Shown here piece after piece: positions 45,815-59,072 of a stretch of DNA of 64,000 bases. Source of the DNA: Mantamonas sphyraenae STR306 (taxonomy: Eukaryota > Protista > CRuMs); assembly GCA_026936335.1 (NCBI GenBank), contig JAPMXV010000041.1, positions 100,708-164,707 of the forward strand. Reading direction: 5' to 3'. The translations under genes were made by a program, and so were the position numbers. A model generated the notes under the pieces. It worked only from the letters and a program-made list of their open reading frames with translations, had not been told where the DNA came from and did no database searches. Numbering within the stretch: position 1 is the stretch's first letter; every line of letters begins with the position of its first letter.

Positions 45815-48354
45815 ATGCGCTTGATCAAAACTGCCACATGCAACCTGAACCAGTGGAGCCTGGACTTTGAAGGCAACCTGGAACGGACGATGAAAAGCAT
45901 CCAGGTAGCCAAGGATCGTGGGTGCACCGTGCGTCTGGGGCCGGAACTGGAGCTGTGAGTTGGGTTGAGTGATCGGAACCAGGAATTGCACACGAGGTCC
46001 GTGCGTGCGGGGAAGGCAGGGCTAACACAGGAGGGCGGATGGACAACGCACGTGACTGTGGGATGTGTGGCGGATGTGTGTGTGCATGTGCGTGGCAGGT
46101 GTGGATACGGGTGTCAGGACGCGTTTCTGGAGGGAGACACAGTTCGGCACTCATGGGAGAGTCTTGCGACGTTGCTGGCCAGCGACGTCACAAACGACAT
46201 CGTGTGCGATATTGGCATGCCTGTCATCCACAGATCGGTAAGTGGGACGTGTGGGGGGTGGTGATGTGTGACCATTGTGGTGGGCAAGGGGCGGACAGCC
46301 CCCCGAGTCCCGGGCAAGAAGAAGCGAGGAAGACTTGACGACAGGACGCGTTTGCGGCGTCGGGTCGCAGTAACGCTCACACGTACATTGCCATGGGTGT
46401 GGTTTGTGACCACGCGTGTGCCCGTGTCCCACAGGTGCGCTACAACTGCCGTGTGTTTTGCCTGAATGGCAAGATCCTGTTGATCCGGCCCAAGATCTTC
46501 TTGGCGTCCGACGGCAACTACCGCGAGCAGCGCTATTTCACGGCGTGGCCCAACCGGCGGACGGTGGAGCAGCACCAGCTGCCGCAGGCGATTGCCGAAC
46601 TGACAGGGCAGTCGACGGTGCCATTTGGAGAGGCGTACCTGCAGCTGAGTGACACGAGCCTGGGAACAGAGTTGTGTGAAGAACTGTTCACGCCCGACTC
46701 CCCACACATCCAACTGGCCAACAACGGCGTGGAAATCATCCTCAACGGAAGTGGGTCGCATCACCAGCTGCGCAAGCTGGACACGCGTGTCAACCTCATC
46801 CTGAGTGCTGTGCGCAAGTGCGGCGGCTTGTACATGTACGCCAACCAGCAGGGTTGCGACGGCGACCGTCTCTACTACGACGGCTGTGCCATGATTGCCA
46901 GCAACGACGTCCTGCTTGCTCAGGCCTCACAGTTTTCCATGCGCGATGTCGAGGTCATTGACGCCGTGGTCGACCTGGACGAGATTGTGTCCTACCGAGC
47001 CGCCGTCATTTCACGCTCCCATCAGGCATCCATTGCCGAACGCATCCCCAGCGTGGTGGTGGACTTTCGTGCCTGTTGTCCCATGAGCTCTTCCATGACC
47101 ATGGTGGCCACCAAGCCTATCGAGGTGTTTTACCACACCCCGGAGGAAGAGATTGCCCTCAGCCCAGCCTGCTGGCTGTGGGATTACTTGCGTCGCTCGG
47201 GCCTTTCGGGCTTCTTTGTGCCCCTGAGCGGCGGTGCAGACAGCGCCTCTGTGGCGGCCATTGTCGGCTCCATGTGTCAGCTTGTGGTGCAGCAGGTGGA
47301 GGCCGGCAACGAGGAGGTGATCAAGGATGTGGAGCGAGTGGTTGGCCGTGTGCCGTCTGCACCCGAAGAGATGGCCAACAGTGTGTTGGTCACATGCTAC
47401 ATGGGCACCACCAACAGTTCCGACGACACGCGTGGTCGTGCCGAGCGTCTGGCGAAGGAAATCGGCGCCTTCCACAAGGAGGTTACCATCGACGAGGTGA
47501 CGGGTGCACTGGAGAAGCTGTTTACGGACAACTTTGGCCTGAAACCCAAGTTCAAGGTGCACGGGGGAAGTGAGGTGGAGAACCTGGCCTTGCAGAACAT
47601 CCAAGCACGCAGCAGGATGGTGATTGCGTACTACTTTGCCCAGCTGGTGCAATGGTCGCGTGGCGAACGTGGAGGTCTGCTGGTGCTGAGCAGTGCCAAT
47701 GTGGACGAGTCGTTGCGTGGCTACATGACCAAGTATGACTGCTCGTCGGGCGATCTGAACCCGATCGGGTCGATTTCCAAGACGGATCTCAAACGCTTTC
47801 TGCACTGGGCCAGTTTGCGTCTGGGCTACTCGACACTGAGTGAAATTGCAGGCGCTCCGCCCACCGCCGAACTGGAGCCCATCACCAGCAACTACACACA
47901 GACAGACGAGGAGGACATGGGCATGAGCTACGAGGAGCTGTCGTTCTACGGGCGCCTGCGCAAGATTTCCCGCTGTGGCCCCTACGAGATGTATCTGCGC
48001 CTGCTGTCCATCTGGTCATCGTTGCCAGCCGAAGAGGTGGCCAACAAGGTCAAGTTCTTCTTCCGCATGTATGCCATCAACCGGCACAAGACGACGACGT
48101 TGACGCCAGCGCTGCACATGGAAACGTACTCGCCGGATGACAACCGGTACGACTTGCGCCAGTTCCTGTACAGTCGCATGCACTGGCAGTATCGCAAGAT
48201 TGACGAGCATGTGGCCAAGCTGCGCGAGATGGGCTGTGCCGAGCAGGACCGGCGCAAGTGCAACCACGAGCTGCAGGTTGGCGCGGGCACACGCGGAGAC
48301 GGCCGCGTCGTTGGCGTTCACAACCACAGTGGCGTGTTGTTGGCCAAACTGTGA
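45815..48354 (+). CDS. NADSYN1: Glutamine-dependent NAD+ synthetase, 2 introns
   Basis: [65 protein letters not shown]. Confidence 0.96.
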
Positions 48355-48458
48355 TGCAACCATGAATGAATTGCAAGTGCAAACTTGAGACACACAGCAC
48401 ATGCAGAGGATGCCGCGCGAGTGGCGCCAGCTCACCCCACGTCATGTCATCGACAGCC

Positions 48459-50261
48459 ATGTCGTCCTCATCGTCCGGAGAGCAGCTACCGATGGAGGCG
48501 GAAGGGTCTGCTGCGGATGGGCAGAAGGAGCAGGAGGCACAGGAGGAGACGCTGCCGTATGTGGAGACGCTGGTGTTTGCCTCCCAAGTGGGCAGTGCAC
48601 AAAAGCACCTCCACAGGCTACCAATACTTCTTCAACGAAGAGACGGGTGAGAGCCAGTACCTGCCGCCACAGGGCACGTCGCGCAAGCGCAAGCGGGACG
48701 ACGGCGAGGCAGACGATGCGTCGCAGCCTGCCATGTCCGCCGTCTCGGCCGCGGCCTTCCCGTCCTTTGCTGCCGCCTCTCGCTCCGACGAACGCATCGA
48801 GATAAGACCCAGTGCAGCGCGCAAGACGGTGCTTCCCTTTGATGCGTCGGGCTTGAGCAAGAAACAGTGAGTTGTGGGGCGCTCAATTGGCCTGGAGGGC
48901 CGCCGGGGCGCGTTGGATCGTGAGCGAGTGGGAGAGAGGGATGGCTGACACACGCCGGAACCGTCTGGCACCCCCCCCCCTGCACGGCACTGGCACACCC
49001 CGTTTCCCTGTCCATGTCATTCGTCACGCATCCATGCGACAGGGATCTCATGGCGTTGCAGTACTTTCAAAACGTCAACCTGCTGCGCGAGAGGCAGCTG
49101 CAGCAGGAGGAAGCGCGAGCACAGCTTGCTGGGGCGGCCGAATACGTGGAGGACTGTCCGCACATGGGTGTGCTGCGACGAAACCAGGTGAGGCAGCTGC
49201 AGCGTGTGCTGACACGCGTGTGTCAGGACCTTTACATGCCCAAGGACCCCAGCAACTCGCTGCAGCGCTTCCTGTTTGTACAGAAATTCTTTGAGGTGGG
49301 TGGAGACCCCATCCTGCCGCAGCTGGCGTACAACGACGTGTCGCTGAAGAAGGAGATTGGAAGGCGATGTAGGGACCAGGACGAGGTTGCACGGCAGCTG
49401 GAGGAGGTGTTTGAAACGGCTGCGAGCACGCTGTGCGAGAAGCTGTTGCAGGAGGTGCACTGCTCGATTCTGGAGGACGCCGGAGGACGTTGCTGGAGCA
49501 AACGGCCCGTGCGAGTGATGGAATCGGAAAAAGGGGAGGAGACGGCACTGTCTGTGGACTTTGATGGCACGTCGGTGGTGGTGAGTGTGGATTCGCACGC
49601 GTCGCTTGTGAGGCGGTACCAGAACGAGGGCCATGCGGAGGAGGAGTTCAACAGGCGCTTGTTTTGTGTGGCCATGCGCTACCACACGTTTGGTGGCAAC
49701 ATTTACCACACGTGTCTCACGCCCGACGTGATGGCATACCTGCGTGCGACGTGGGACACAGACACCGAGTGCTTTGCGTCGCCGTTCAACGTGCAGCTGG
49801 AACACTACTGCAGCATGTTTGTGGACACCGACGTGTACTTTGGCTCCAAAGGCTCCTTCTACGACTGGCACACCAGCAGCGGCTCGTGCCTGGTGCATCC
49901 GCCGGCAATTGAGGAGCTGACCCAGAGTGCTTGCGAACACATGGAGAGCATGCTGGAAGAGGCGTCGCGCAACGACCAGCCACTCATGTTTATTGTCATT
50001 CTGCCGGCGTGGAACGACATGGTGGCCTGGAAAATGCTGCTGGACAGCGCGTTCTTCCGCAAGCAGCTCATTGTCGAAAAGATGAAGCACCAGTTTATCG
50101 ACGGCTCGGTGCGTCCTCGTCGTTTCCCGTATCTGACCGCAGACTCGGACACAGGCGTGTTCTTCCTGCAGACCGATGCCGCTGCGGCCAAGTGGGTGGT
50201 GTCCGACGAGGCCACTCAGGGTCTCCTTGACCAGTTTGCGAGGGTGCGCAAGACCGTATGA
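48459..50261 (+). CDS. PCIF1: PCIF1/CAPAM-like protein (WW domain + cap adenosine N6-methyltransferase domain); start uncertain
   Basis: WW domain LPPKWAVHKS..YFFNEETGESQYLPP; ECFASPFN, YCSMFVDTDVYFGSKGSF, FIVILPAW, FFLQ. Confidence 0.8.
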
Positions 50262-50263
50262 TT

Positions 50264-50824
50264 TCAATACAGCGACAGGTGTCCCGTGACATCTTCCATC
50301 ATCCACTCTGGGCCAAGGATGGCCAACACGGTCGTTGTTCCGGGGTCCACTTGCGTGCGGCCGGCGTCGCGAATCACCGTCGTGGGCAGATTGCGTGCTT
50401 TGGCCGACTTGTGCACTGCACGAAACTCGTCCATGGAGTCGACACGCACGACCACCTTTTTCACACCGTTGGCACGCCAGAACAGGTTCAGACGGTTGCC
50501 AAGGGCGCCCCAATTGGGCAGTTTCTCGACCAGGTCGACGGCTGCGTGCGAACATTGCGCCGCCAGCTTTCCCGCGCCCATGTTCAGATCCTTGCGTGCC
50601 ACGAGGATCATCTTGCATGCACCGACAAATGTGCTGTCGAGTTTGGGCACCTCTTTTTCCAGACTGAGCTGCAGAGCGAGCTGCAACTCTTCGTCGTCGT
50701 CGTCCCCGTCGTCCTCTTCCTCTTCCTCGTCGTCGTCGTCGTCGTCGTCCTCCTTTGTCTCCTCCACGTGTTTCTCCACGTCGACGACCACTTCTGTGTC
50801 GCTGCCGCTTGTGGTGCTGCTCAT
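50264..50824 (-). CDS. PTH2: Peptidyl-tRNA hydrolase 2 family protein
   Basis: KMILVARKDLNMGAGKLAAQCSHA, DAGRTQVDPG, VTGHLSLY. Confidence 0.92.
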   Translation of the reverse strand: MSSTTSGSDTEVVVDVEKHVEETKEDDDDDDDEEEEEDDGDDDDEELQLALQLSLEKEVPKLDSTFVGACKMILVARKDLNMGAGKLAAQCSHAAVDLVEKLPNWGALGNRLNLFWRANGVKKVVVRVDSMDEFRAVHKSAKARNLPTTVIRDAGRTQVDPGTTTVLAILGPEWMMEDVTGHLSLY

Positions 50825-50903
50825 GTCCAGGAGAGGGTGGGTTCTGCGCTGGATGCGCCAACGCACGTGTGTGTGACTGGAAGGGGGGACATCAAACGCA
50901 GCC

Positions 50904-51934
50904 ATGGACACGTACAACATCATCAAAAAGATTGGGGAGGGCTCCTACGGCCAGGTGTTTCTGGTGCGCTCGATTGCGGACAACCGTCAGTACTGCGTGA
51001 AGAAGATCAGCCTGCACAATCTGCCTGCCAAGGAGAGGGAAGCCACCGATTTGGAAATCAAGCTGCTGTCTCGCTTGGACCATCCCAACATCGTTTCGTA
51101 CCGCGAGTCGTTTGTGGAACGCAAGCAGCTGCACCTTGTGATGGCCTTTTGCGAGTGCGGCGACCTCTACGAGTCGCTCAAGGCACGCAAGGCCCAGGGC
51201 AAGGAACTGACAGAAGACGAGGTCCTGGACTGGTTTATCCAAATTGCACTGGCTCTCAAGTATCTGCACACACGCTGCATTCTGCACCGCGATCTCAAGC
51301 CGCAGAACATCTTTCTCACAAACAAAGAGCGAATCATCAAGCTAGGTGAGTGGAGGCTGCCACGTGGGCATGGCCATGTGCAGTGGTACATCGGATGGGA
51401 GGGAGTGACCATGGGCAAAACGAGCAGGCGCACCGCGCTGACACGAACGCGAGTCAATTCCGTCGCTGCGGAAACGGTTTGCTCTTAGGCGACTTTGGCA
51501 TTGCCAAGTTGCTGGACAACCAGGAAGACCTTGCGCAGACGATGATTGGGACGCCGTACTACATGTCACCCGAGGTGCTGCAGTACTCGCCGTACTCGTT
51601 TGCAAGCGACATCTGGAGCTTGGGGTGCATCTTGTACGAGATGTGCACCTTTTCGCACGCCTTCAACGCAAAGAGCATCGACGGCCTGGCTCGAAAGGTG
51701 ATCAGCGGCAAGACTCCGTCGCTGCCGTCACGCTTCTCCAAGGAACTGCGTCTGCTGTGTGCCTCAATGTTGGCCAAGTCGCCCAACCAGAGGCCGTCCA
51801 TCGAGTCGATTCTGGCCAAAGGGTTCATCAAGAAACACATCCAGCGATTCCTGGAGCGCAACGAACCGTCGGCGTCGTCAGCGTCGTCCTCAGGGTCGTC
51901 ATCGTCATCGTCCACTTCCTCCTCTGCTGAAAAG

Positions 51935-51976
<42 letters not shown>

Positions 51977-53108
51977 GCACCGCGCAAGAAGAGCAGCAAC
52001 AGCGGCGGAGGCGGCAGCAAAGAAGGGCGTGCCGTGGGCCCGTCAGCCGGAGCCATGCGGCGACGCAAAGTGTGCACAAGCAACCGCCTCGGGATCCAAA
52101 GCGAGCGCTGAAGCTGAAGGAGCAGCAGCTGCAGGAGAAGCTGCGCAAGGCGCGGGAGGAGAAAGCCAGGCTGGAAGCGGAGCGAGAGGCACAACGGCAA
52201 TCGCGGGAGGAGCGACGACAGGCGCTGCTGGCACGCAAAGAGGCAAATGACATTGCAAGTAGGCAGGCGCAACAGCTGGAGGCGTTGCGGGAGCAGCGCA
52301 AGACACTGGATAGCGAGGTGAGCGTGTCGGGGATTGACATCAAGCAGATCCGCAGGTCCAGGGCACGGTCAAAGTCACGCAAGGACTCGGAGACGCAAAA
52401 GGAGCGGCCGCAACAGGAAAGGGATGAGGCGGATCGTGCAGGAGAGGAATGTGAAGAGTTGGAGCAGGAGTTGCTCAAGACACAGACACAGCTGGCGGCG
52501 TTGGAGACGGAACAGGGCAAGGAGGACGATCAGGGCCAGGGGATGAATGACACCGAGGAAGAAAACGAGGAAGAAGTGGGATCGGAGGAGGTGGGCAAGG
52601 AGGAAGAAGGCGGGAGTGAGGAGGAGGAAGAGTCGGACGAGGAGTTTTGACTTTCCTGTAGAGACCAATGAGGGAGGGTATGGGGAGACGGCGTGGTGTA
52701 CGACGAGTCGGACGAAGAGTACGAGGATGGGGTCATGGAATTGCCCTCGCTGCTGACTCAGTACGGCAGCGAGGTGACGGTGAGCGAGATGTTTGGGATC
52801 TACGAGGAAGCAAACGTGCGAAGGTCGCTGGAGGCGCTGCAGTTTGAACAGCGCGGCCTGGACGACGAGGAAGTGAGTGTATTCAAGGGCAATCCCAGCG
52901 AGCAGAGGCCCGCTCGCATCGAGAAGCTGACGGAGGAGCTGCTTGCGCTGGTGAGCAAGGAGGTGCTGACGAGCTCAAGAGCAACCCGGACAAGGTTTCG
53001 TTGCATGTGGACGCGTCGATGGTGACTGCGGTGCACGACAAGATCAGCACGTTGGTGTTTCTCATTGATTTGGGCAACGTGATGGTGAGCCGTGACGAGG
53101 AAGAATGA
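50904..53108 (+). CDS. NIMA-related (NEK) Ser/Thr kinase with coiled-coil tail; intron ~51346-51488, apparent frameshifts, end approximate
   Basis: IGEGSYG, HPNIVSYRESF, HRDLKPQNIFL, GDFGIAK, IGTPYYMSPE. Confidence 0.88.
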
Positions 53109-53193
53109 AGCTGGATGCGGACCCTGCGATGGGATTGATTTGCGTGTGCTGTGTCTCTCCTTGCTGCTGGACCACCTTGAGATGATGGGTTGA

Positions 53194-54443
53194 TCACTTG
53201 CTGTTGCTGCTGTTGCTGCTCTTGTCCTCGATGGCGCTCTCTCCCTGGGCGTTGTCACCGAGCTTGGCCGCAAGCTCTTCCTTGACCTTGGCCTCCATGG
53301 CGCGGATGTCCTCGATGGTCATTCCGTGCCACTCGTCCAGCCAGCAGAACAACTGGCGGTGGAACTTGGTGAACATGTCCAGCGTGAAGCCGTGGATGAA
53401 GTTTTCCACCTTGGTCTGGAAGCCCCAGTATTGGAAGCGGGCGGTCACCAGCTTGTAGCAGCACATCAGCGGCTTGGCCTCCTTCTCCCAGCCCTCCTCC
53501 AGCGGTCCACGGCCTGTCTTTTCCGAATGGTACAGTGCCGGTCCTCCTCTTCCTTGTACTCGTTGGTGTATTCTGCCGAGATGTCGATGTTCACCACCTC
53601 GCGCTGCTTCAGCGTGTCCTCGTCGAGCTTGTGCACCTGTGGGTTGTGCGTTGTGTAACGGCGTGTGCCACGGCGAATGGCCACACACGTACGATGTGTG
53701 GTGCACACGTGTGGATGCATGTGTGAGCGGCAGCGCGACGTCGACGGAGTTTGCGAGGCAGCAATTTGGGATCAAGTGGGCCTGAGTGGGGCCGTGCAGC
53801 GTGCCGGTGGGCAACTCACGTTCTCCTGGGTGCCGTCGTCGTCGCAATGCCAGGTCTCAATGCGCACCTCAAACTTCTCGCCAAGGTAGACAAGGTGCTG
53901 GACTGTGGGACGGAAAGGAAGCCGGAGTGAGTCCGGAGTTGTTCCTTGCGCACCGACCCTCTTTGGCGCTGTGTGGGCACACGCACCGGTCTCGCAGTAC
54001 GGGAAGGCGTTCCAGGCCTCCTCTTCCAGCTTGAGAGCATCGGCCGGAGCGAGGGCGGCCAGCCAGCCCGGGATCTTGGAACCCAGGTGGTAAATCTTGT
54101 GGGTGTACTGGCCCTTGCCTCCATGGGCCTCGTCTTCGAACGGCTCGTTCTTCAGCACCTCCACACCCTCGCTGTCGTCCGTGGCGTCTGCGCTTGCGCG
54201 AGCCACAGCGTACAGCTGTCCGATGTGGTACTCCTCCGTGGTCATGGGCATCAGAACGCGACTGTGGCGTGTGTGGAGGCACAAGCAGAGCCGAACGTGT
54301 TTTGGTGTTAGCGATCAGCTTCACACGGGCCCAAAACAACACAGGCCCAGAAAGGCGTGTGTTGCAAAAGGGGAAACGGAATGCAGGCGCATTTTCCTCG
54401 TGGGCTGGGGACCAACGCACTATTCCTTGATTGTACTCGACAT
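53194..54443 (-). CDS. Phosphatidylinositol transfer protein (PITP, START-like), multi-exon
   Basis: EEYHIGQLY, GVEVLKNEPF, GQYTHKIYHL, EEAWNAFPYC, FHRQLFCWLDEW. Confidence 0.92.
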
Positions 54444-54519
54444 TGTGAGTGTGTGTGTGGGTTTTGCTGGAGCTGCGCGCGGCAGCCTGAGCACTGCAAA
54501 ACCCGAACAACCAGACACG

Positions 54520-55150
54520 ATGGCCGACGTGCAGGCACTGCAGCCGCAAGACATCCTTCCTACGTGGTGGTGGCCCTCATGGTCCTGTACACCATCCGCT
54601 TCTTCTTGAGCGGGTCTGCCACCAGCAAGAAGAGCACAGCACAAAAGGCGGCAAGAAGAAGGAGGAGAAGAAGGTGGGTGGAGCCCAGGGAGGGTGGCAT
54701 GCACTCGCAGCCCATGGCCATGCCTGTGTTGAGCACACAAACGGACCTGTGCATTGGCGCACAGGCAAGCGGTGTGGGTCGATCGGGAGACCCACCGTGT
54801 GTGTGTGTGTGTGTGCAAAGCGCATGGACGTGGAAAGTTCACGAAGAGCAGGCGAACTGACACGCTCCACACAGACATACACACGCGCAGAGGTGGCCAA
54901 GCACAACAAACGCGACGACCTGTGGCTGATCATTGACAACAAGGTGTACGACGTCACCGAGTACGTGGATGATCACGTGGGTGAAGATGCCATCCTCAAC
55001 AACCCGGGCAAGGACAACACCCAGGGCTTCTACGGCGACCAACACCCGAGCAAGGCCTTTGACATTGTCCACGACTACTACATTGGCGACCTGGACAAGT
55101 CGGAGTGGCAGGAGGATGACGAGGAGACCAAGCGCCGCAAGGCAGAGTAA
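54520..55150 (+). CDS. Cytochrome b5 domain protein with N-terminal TM segment
   Basis: EVAKHN..DLWLIIDNKVYDVTEYVDDHVG..HPSKA..YYIGDL. Confidence 0.8.
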
Positions 55151-55191
55151 ACTGACTTCTTCATTCCATTCACTGCATTTGTCATGTGCAT

Positions 55192-56981
55192 TCATGCCCA
55201 CGAACCACCGCCAATGCCCTTGAGCATCATCACACGTTCCTCGGAAAAGTCCTTCATGGCATAGCGGATCCCCTCGCGGCCGAGACCCGAGTCTTTGACG
55301 CCGCCGTACGCCTGTGCGTCGACGCGTACGCTGGGCACGTCGCCAATGACCACGCCACCCACCACCATGTTTTCAAAGGCGTAAAAGGCGTTCTGCAGGT
55401 TGTTGGTGAACACACCAGCCTGGAGGCCAAACACACTGTCGTTGACCAGCTCCACGGCCTGTTCAAAGGTCTTGAAGCTGGTGAGCACAGCCACGGGACC
55501 AAACACCTCGTCATCAACCACACGCAGACCCTTGGTGTCGATGCCATCCACGTCCACCAGGGTGGCCTCGTAGAACTGACCCTTGCGGTTTCCGCCTGCA
55601 ATGATGGTGCCTCCACGCTCGACAGCCTCCTGCACCCACTCGTCGCAGCGCTTGGCGTCGTTCTCTGTAATCATGGGGCCAATGAAAGTCTCCGGGTCGC
55701 GAGGATCGCCCATCTTGAGCTCACTGGCAGCCGCGGCCAGCTTCTCCTTGAGTTCGTCGTAAATGTCCACGTGGGCCAGGATGCGCTGCACGCCAATGCA
55801 CGACTGGCCACTTTGGTAGAATGCACCAATCATGATGCGCTTGACGGCAGCGTCGATGTCTGCGTCTGCATCCACCACACACGCGGCGTTGCCTCCAAGC
55901 TCCAGCACCACCTTTTTCTTGCCTGCACGCTCCTTCATGCTCCATCCCACTCCGGGCGAACCGGTGAAGCTCAACACTTCGATGCGCTCGTCGGTGGTCA
56001 GCAGATCACCGGCCTCTCGCGAGCACGGCAGGATGGAAAACGCCCCCTTGGGCAGATCCGTCTTGGCCAGCATCTCGCCCATGAGAAGGGCGCCAATGGG
56101 CGTGCGAGACGCAGGCTTGAGCACAAACGACGAACCGGCGGCGATGGCAGGCGCAATCTTGTGTGCGGCAAGGTTGATGGGAAAGTTGAAGGGCGAAATC
56201 ATGCCAATAGGGCCGATCGGGAACCGGCGTGTGATGCTCTGGAATCCATGTGCACGACTGGAAATGTCCATGGGTGCCCACTCGCCATAGTTGCGCACTG
56301 CCTCCTCAGCCGCAATGGTGAACGTGTCGATGGCACGCGTCACCTCTCCTCGTGCGTCCCTGTGTCCAAAGGCTTGGGTGTCAACACTCTCTACCCTCTC
56401 TGTCCCTCTCTCTCTCTCTCTGCGTGTGTGTATGTATCATGCACGCGTGCCCACCACTCACTTGATCGGCTTGCCTGCTTCGATGCACAGGGCCTGCGAA
56501 AGCTCCTCGTGGCGTTCGCGCAGCTGCTCCACCACCGAGAGCAGGATCTCCTTGCGCTTGTAGGATGGCAGTTTGGCCATCTCTTTTTGGCTGCCACGGC
56601 TGCGTCGATGGCTTCGTTGACCATGTCGGCGTCAGCCACAGCCACCTTGGTGGCCACCTGGGAAGCGGAGAGTTTCTGTGCGTCAGCTGCGGAGTGTTCC
56701 GGCTATCCAGAGTGCAGTGCACACGCATGTGCATATGGGTGGTCCCGGCACAGGCGTGGGAAACGCCCATATGCACGCAAGCCTGCAGGAAAGCGGATTC
56801 GTCCCGGGTGCGCTTTTCCGCTTTGACCAAAGCCGGAAAAAGACAAGAAAAAAGAACGCACCTTGCCCGTGAACTTGTCCACCACTTCCAGGTCGGTGTT
56901 GGGACTCTGTGCCTCGTTGGCCAGGTACAACGGGTATGTTTCTGCCAGGTTGATCTTTTCGATTTGTTCCGTCTTGCTCAT
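55192..56981 (-). CDS. Bacterial-like aldehyde dehydrogenase (ALDH21 / succinic semialdehyde dehydrogenase-like), 2 introns
   Basis: YPLYLANEA..DLEVVDKFTG, ISPFNFP, SFTGS, LELGGN, FYQSGQSCIGVQR, EVFGP, YGGVKDSGLGREG. Confidence 0.88.
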
Positions 56982-57044
56982 GATGGGCTGGAAAAGCGTG
57001 TTTTCGAGTGCCTGCGCCGACGCCACAACGCAAAAAGCATCTCC

Positions 57045-59072
57045 ATGAGCAGCAGCAGCAGCAGCAGCAGCAACGACAACGTCGAAGAGACAATCAAAGC
57101 ATCCGACCTTTTCGTAAAGTGTCTGGAGAACGAAGGCGTGGAGTTTGTCTTTGGTCTGCCAGGCGAGGAGAACGCCGATTTCATCATGTCTGTGGAGGCA
57201 AGCGAGCAGATCAAGACCATCATTGTGCGCCATGAGCAGGTGGCCGCATTCATGGCTGATGTGCACGGACGTCTGACTGGCACCTGCGCCGTGTGCTTTG
57301 GGTATGTGTGTGCACTTTGTCCTGTAGCCGGAATTGGGCAAGGTTGCCTTTTCAGCGGAGACTTTGTAGCGAAAAATCCTGACATTTCGTTCGCCCCACG
57401 CCACCAGCACCCTGGGGCCCGGAGCAACCAACCTCCTCACCGGCGTGGCTGACGGCAACATGGACCGCGCGCCCATGATTGTGGTGACTGGCCAGGCAGA
57501 CACGTTGCGTCTGCACAAGGAGTCGCATCAGGCCATGGATGTTGTGTGTGAGTTGCCACCCTTCTGAGCACAATTCCACTGCCGCTGCCACTACCATTCA
57601 TGTGTACAGTCACTGACAGGCATCCATCCATCAACCCTCTTCACAGCCATGTTTGACCCGGTGACAAAGTGGGCCCAGCCTGTGCGTCACCCGAAGAACA
57701 TCCCCGAGATTGTTCGCAAGGCGTTCAAGCTTGCCACCACGGAAAAGCCAGGTGCGTGCCACATCGAGCTCAGCGAAAACATCGCTGGCATGGAAACGGC
57801 GTTCCAGAAGCCCTTGTCTGCGAAAAAGGTGCGTCGTCCGGGCGCCGACGACAAGATTGCCGACCAGGCGTTTGAGCTGCTGCGCAACAGCAAGAAGCCC
57901 GTCATCCTTGCTGGCAACGGATGTGTGCGCAAGCGAGCTTCCAAACAGCTGCGTCTCTTCTGCGAGGCCACAGGGATCCCCGTGATCAACACCTTTATGG
58001 CCAAGGGCTGTGTGGACATGGACGCAGACTACGCCCTCTTCACCGTGGGTCTCCAGCAGAAGGACTACAGCAACTATGTGCTGGACGAAAGTGATTGCAT
58101 CCTGGCCATTGGCTACGACCTGGTGGAGTACCATCCGCGCCTTTGGAACCCCGACTGCGACAAGCGCATCATCCACATCGACTTTCTCGCCGCAGAGGTC
58201 GACCGCCACTACGAGGTTGAGCTGGAGATTGTGGGAGACCTGTCACACAGCCTGTGGCAGCTGAACGAGCGTGTGGCCAAGGTCAAGGCTGGCGAGCTGG
58301 ACTTTGACTTTTCCCTGGCTGCAGAGATGCGCCAGGCTCTCCTGGACGACTTTGCCACCTACAAAGACGACGACACGGCGGTGATCAAGCCGCAAAAGGT
58401 GTTGTGGACGTTCGTCAGGTCATGGGCCCCGAAGACATCCTGCTGAGTGATGTGGGCGCACACAAGATGTGGATTGCTCGCTACTACCAATGCCACGAGC
58501 CAACACCTGCCTCATCAGCAACGGCTTCTGCTCCATGGGTTTTGCCCTGCCCGGTGCCATGGCTGCCAAGCTGCTGTATCCGGAGCGACGTGTGCTGGCC
58601 ATCTGCGGTGACGGTGGCTTCCTCATGAACTCGCAGGACATGGAAACCGCGGTGCGCTACGGCATCAACATCGTGGGTGATGGTGTGGGTCGATGGAGGC
58701 TACAACCTGATCAAGTGGAAGCAGCAGAACCACTTCAAGGGCAAGCATTCCAACCTTGGCTTTGGCAACCCGGACTTTCTCAAGTTTGCCGACGCCTTTG
58801 GCTGGGACGGATACATGGTCGAGCGTAGCACAGACCTGGCCGACACGCTCGAGAAGGCATTGTATGTTGGCAGAGTAGGGAGACAAAGAGATGACGTTCC
58901 TGTTGCCGGCACTCACACACTCCCACCCCCACCCCTCCCCTCCCGCACACACACACACACATACACAACCCACAGCTCCACCAACAAGCCTTCTCTCGTT
59001 GCTCTCAACATCGACTACGGGGAGAACCCGAAGCTGACGGAGCGCCTGGGCAACATTCGGGTGCGCGTGTGA
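57045..59072 (+). CDS. ThDP-dependent acetolactate-synthase-like enzyme, probably 2-oxoglutarate decarboxylase type; 3 introns, apparent frameshifts
   Basis: LFVKCLENEGVEFVFGLPGEEN, RHEQ, HKESHQ, DVGAHKMWIAR, SNGFCSMG, GDGGFLMNSQ, IKWKQ, FGNPDF. Confidence 0.85.
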
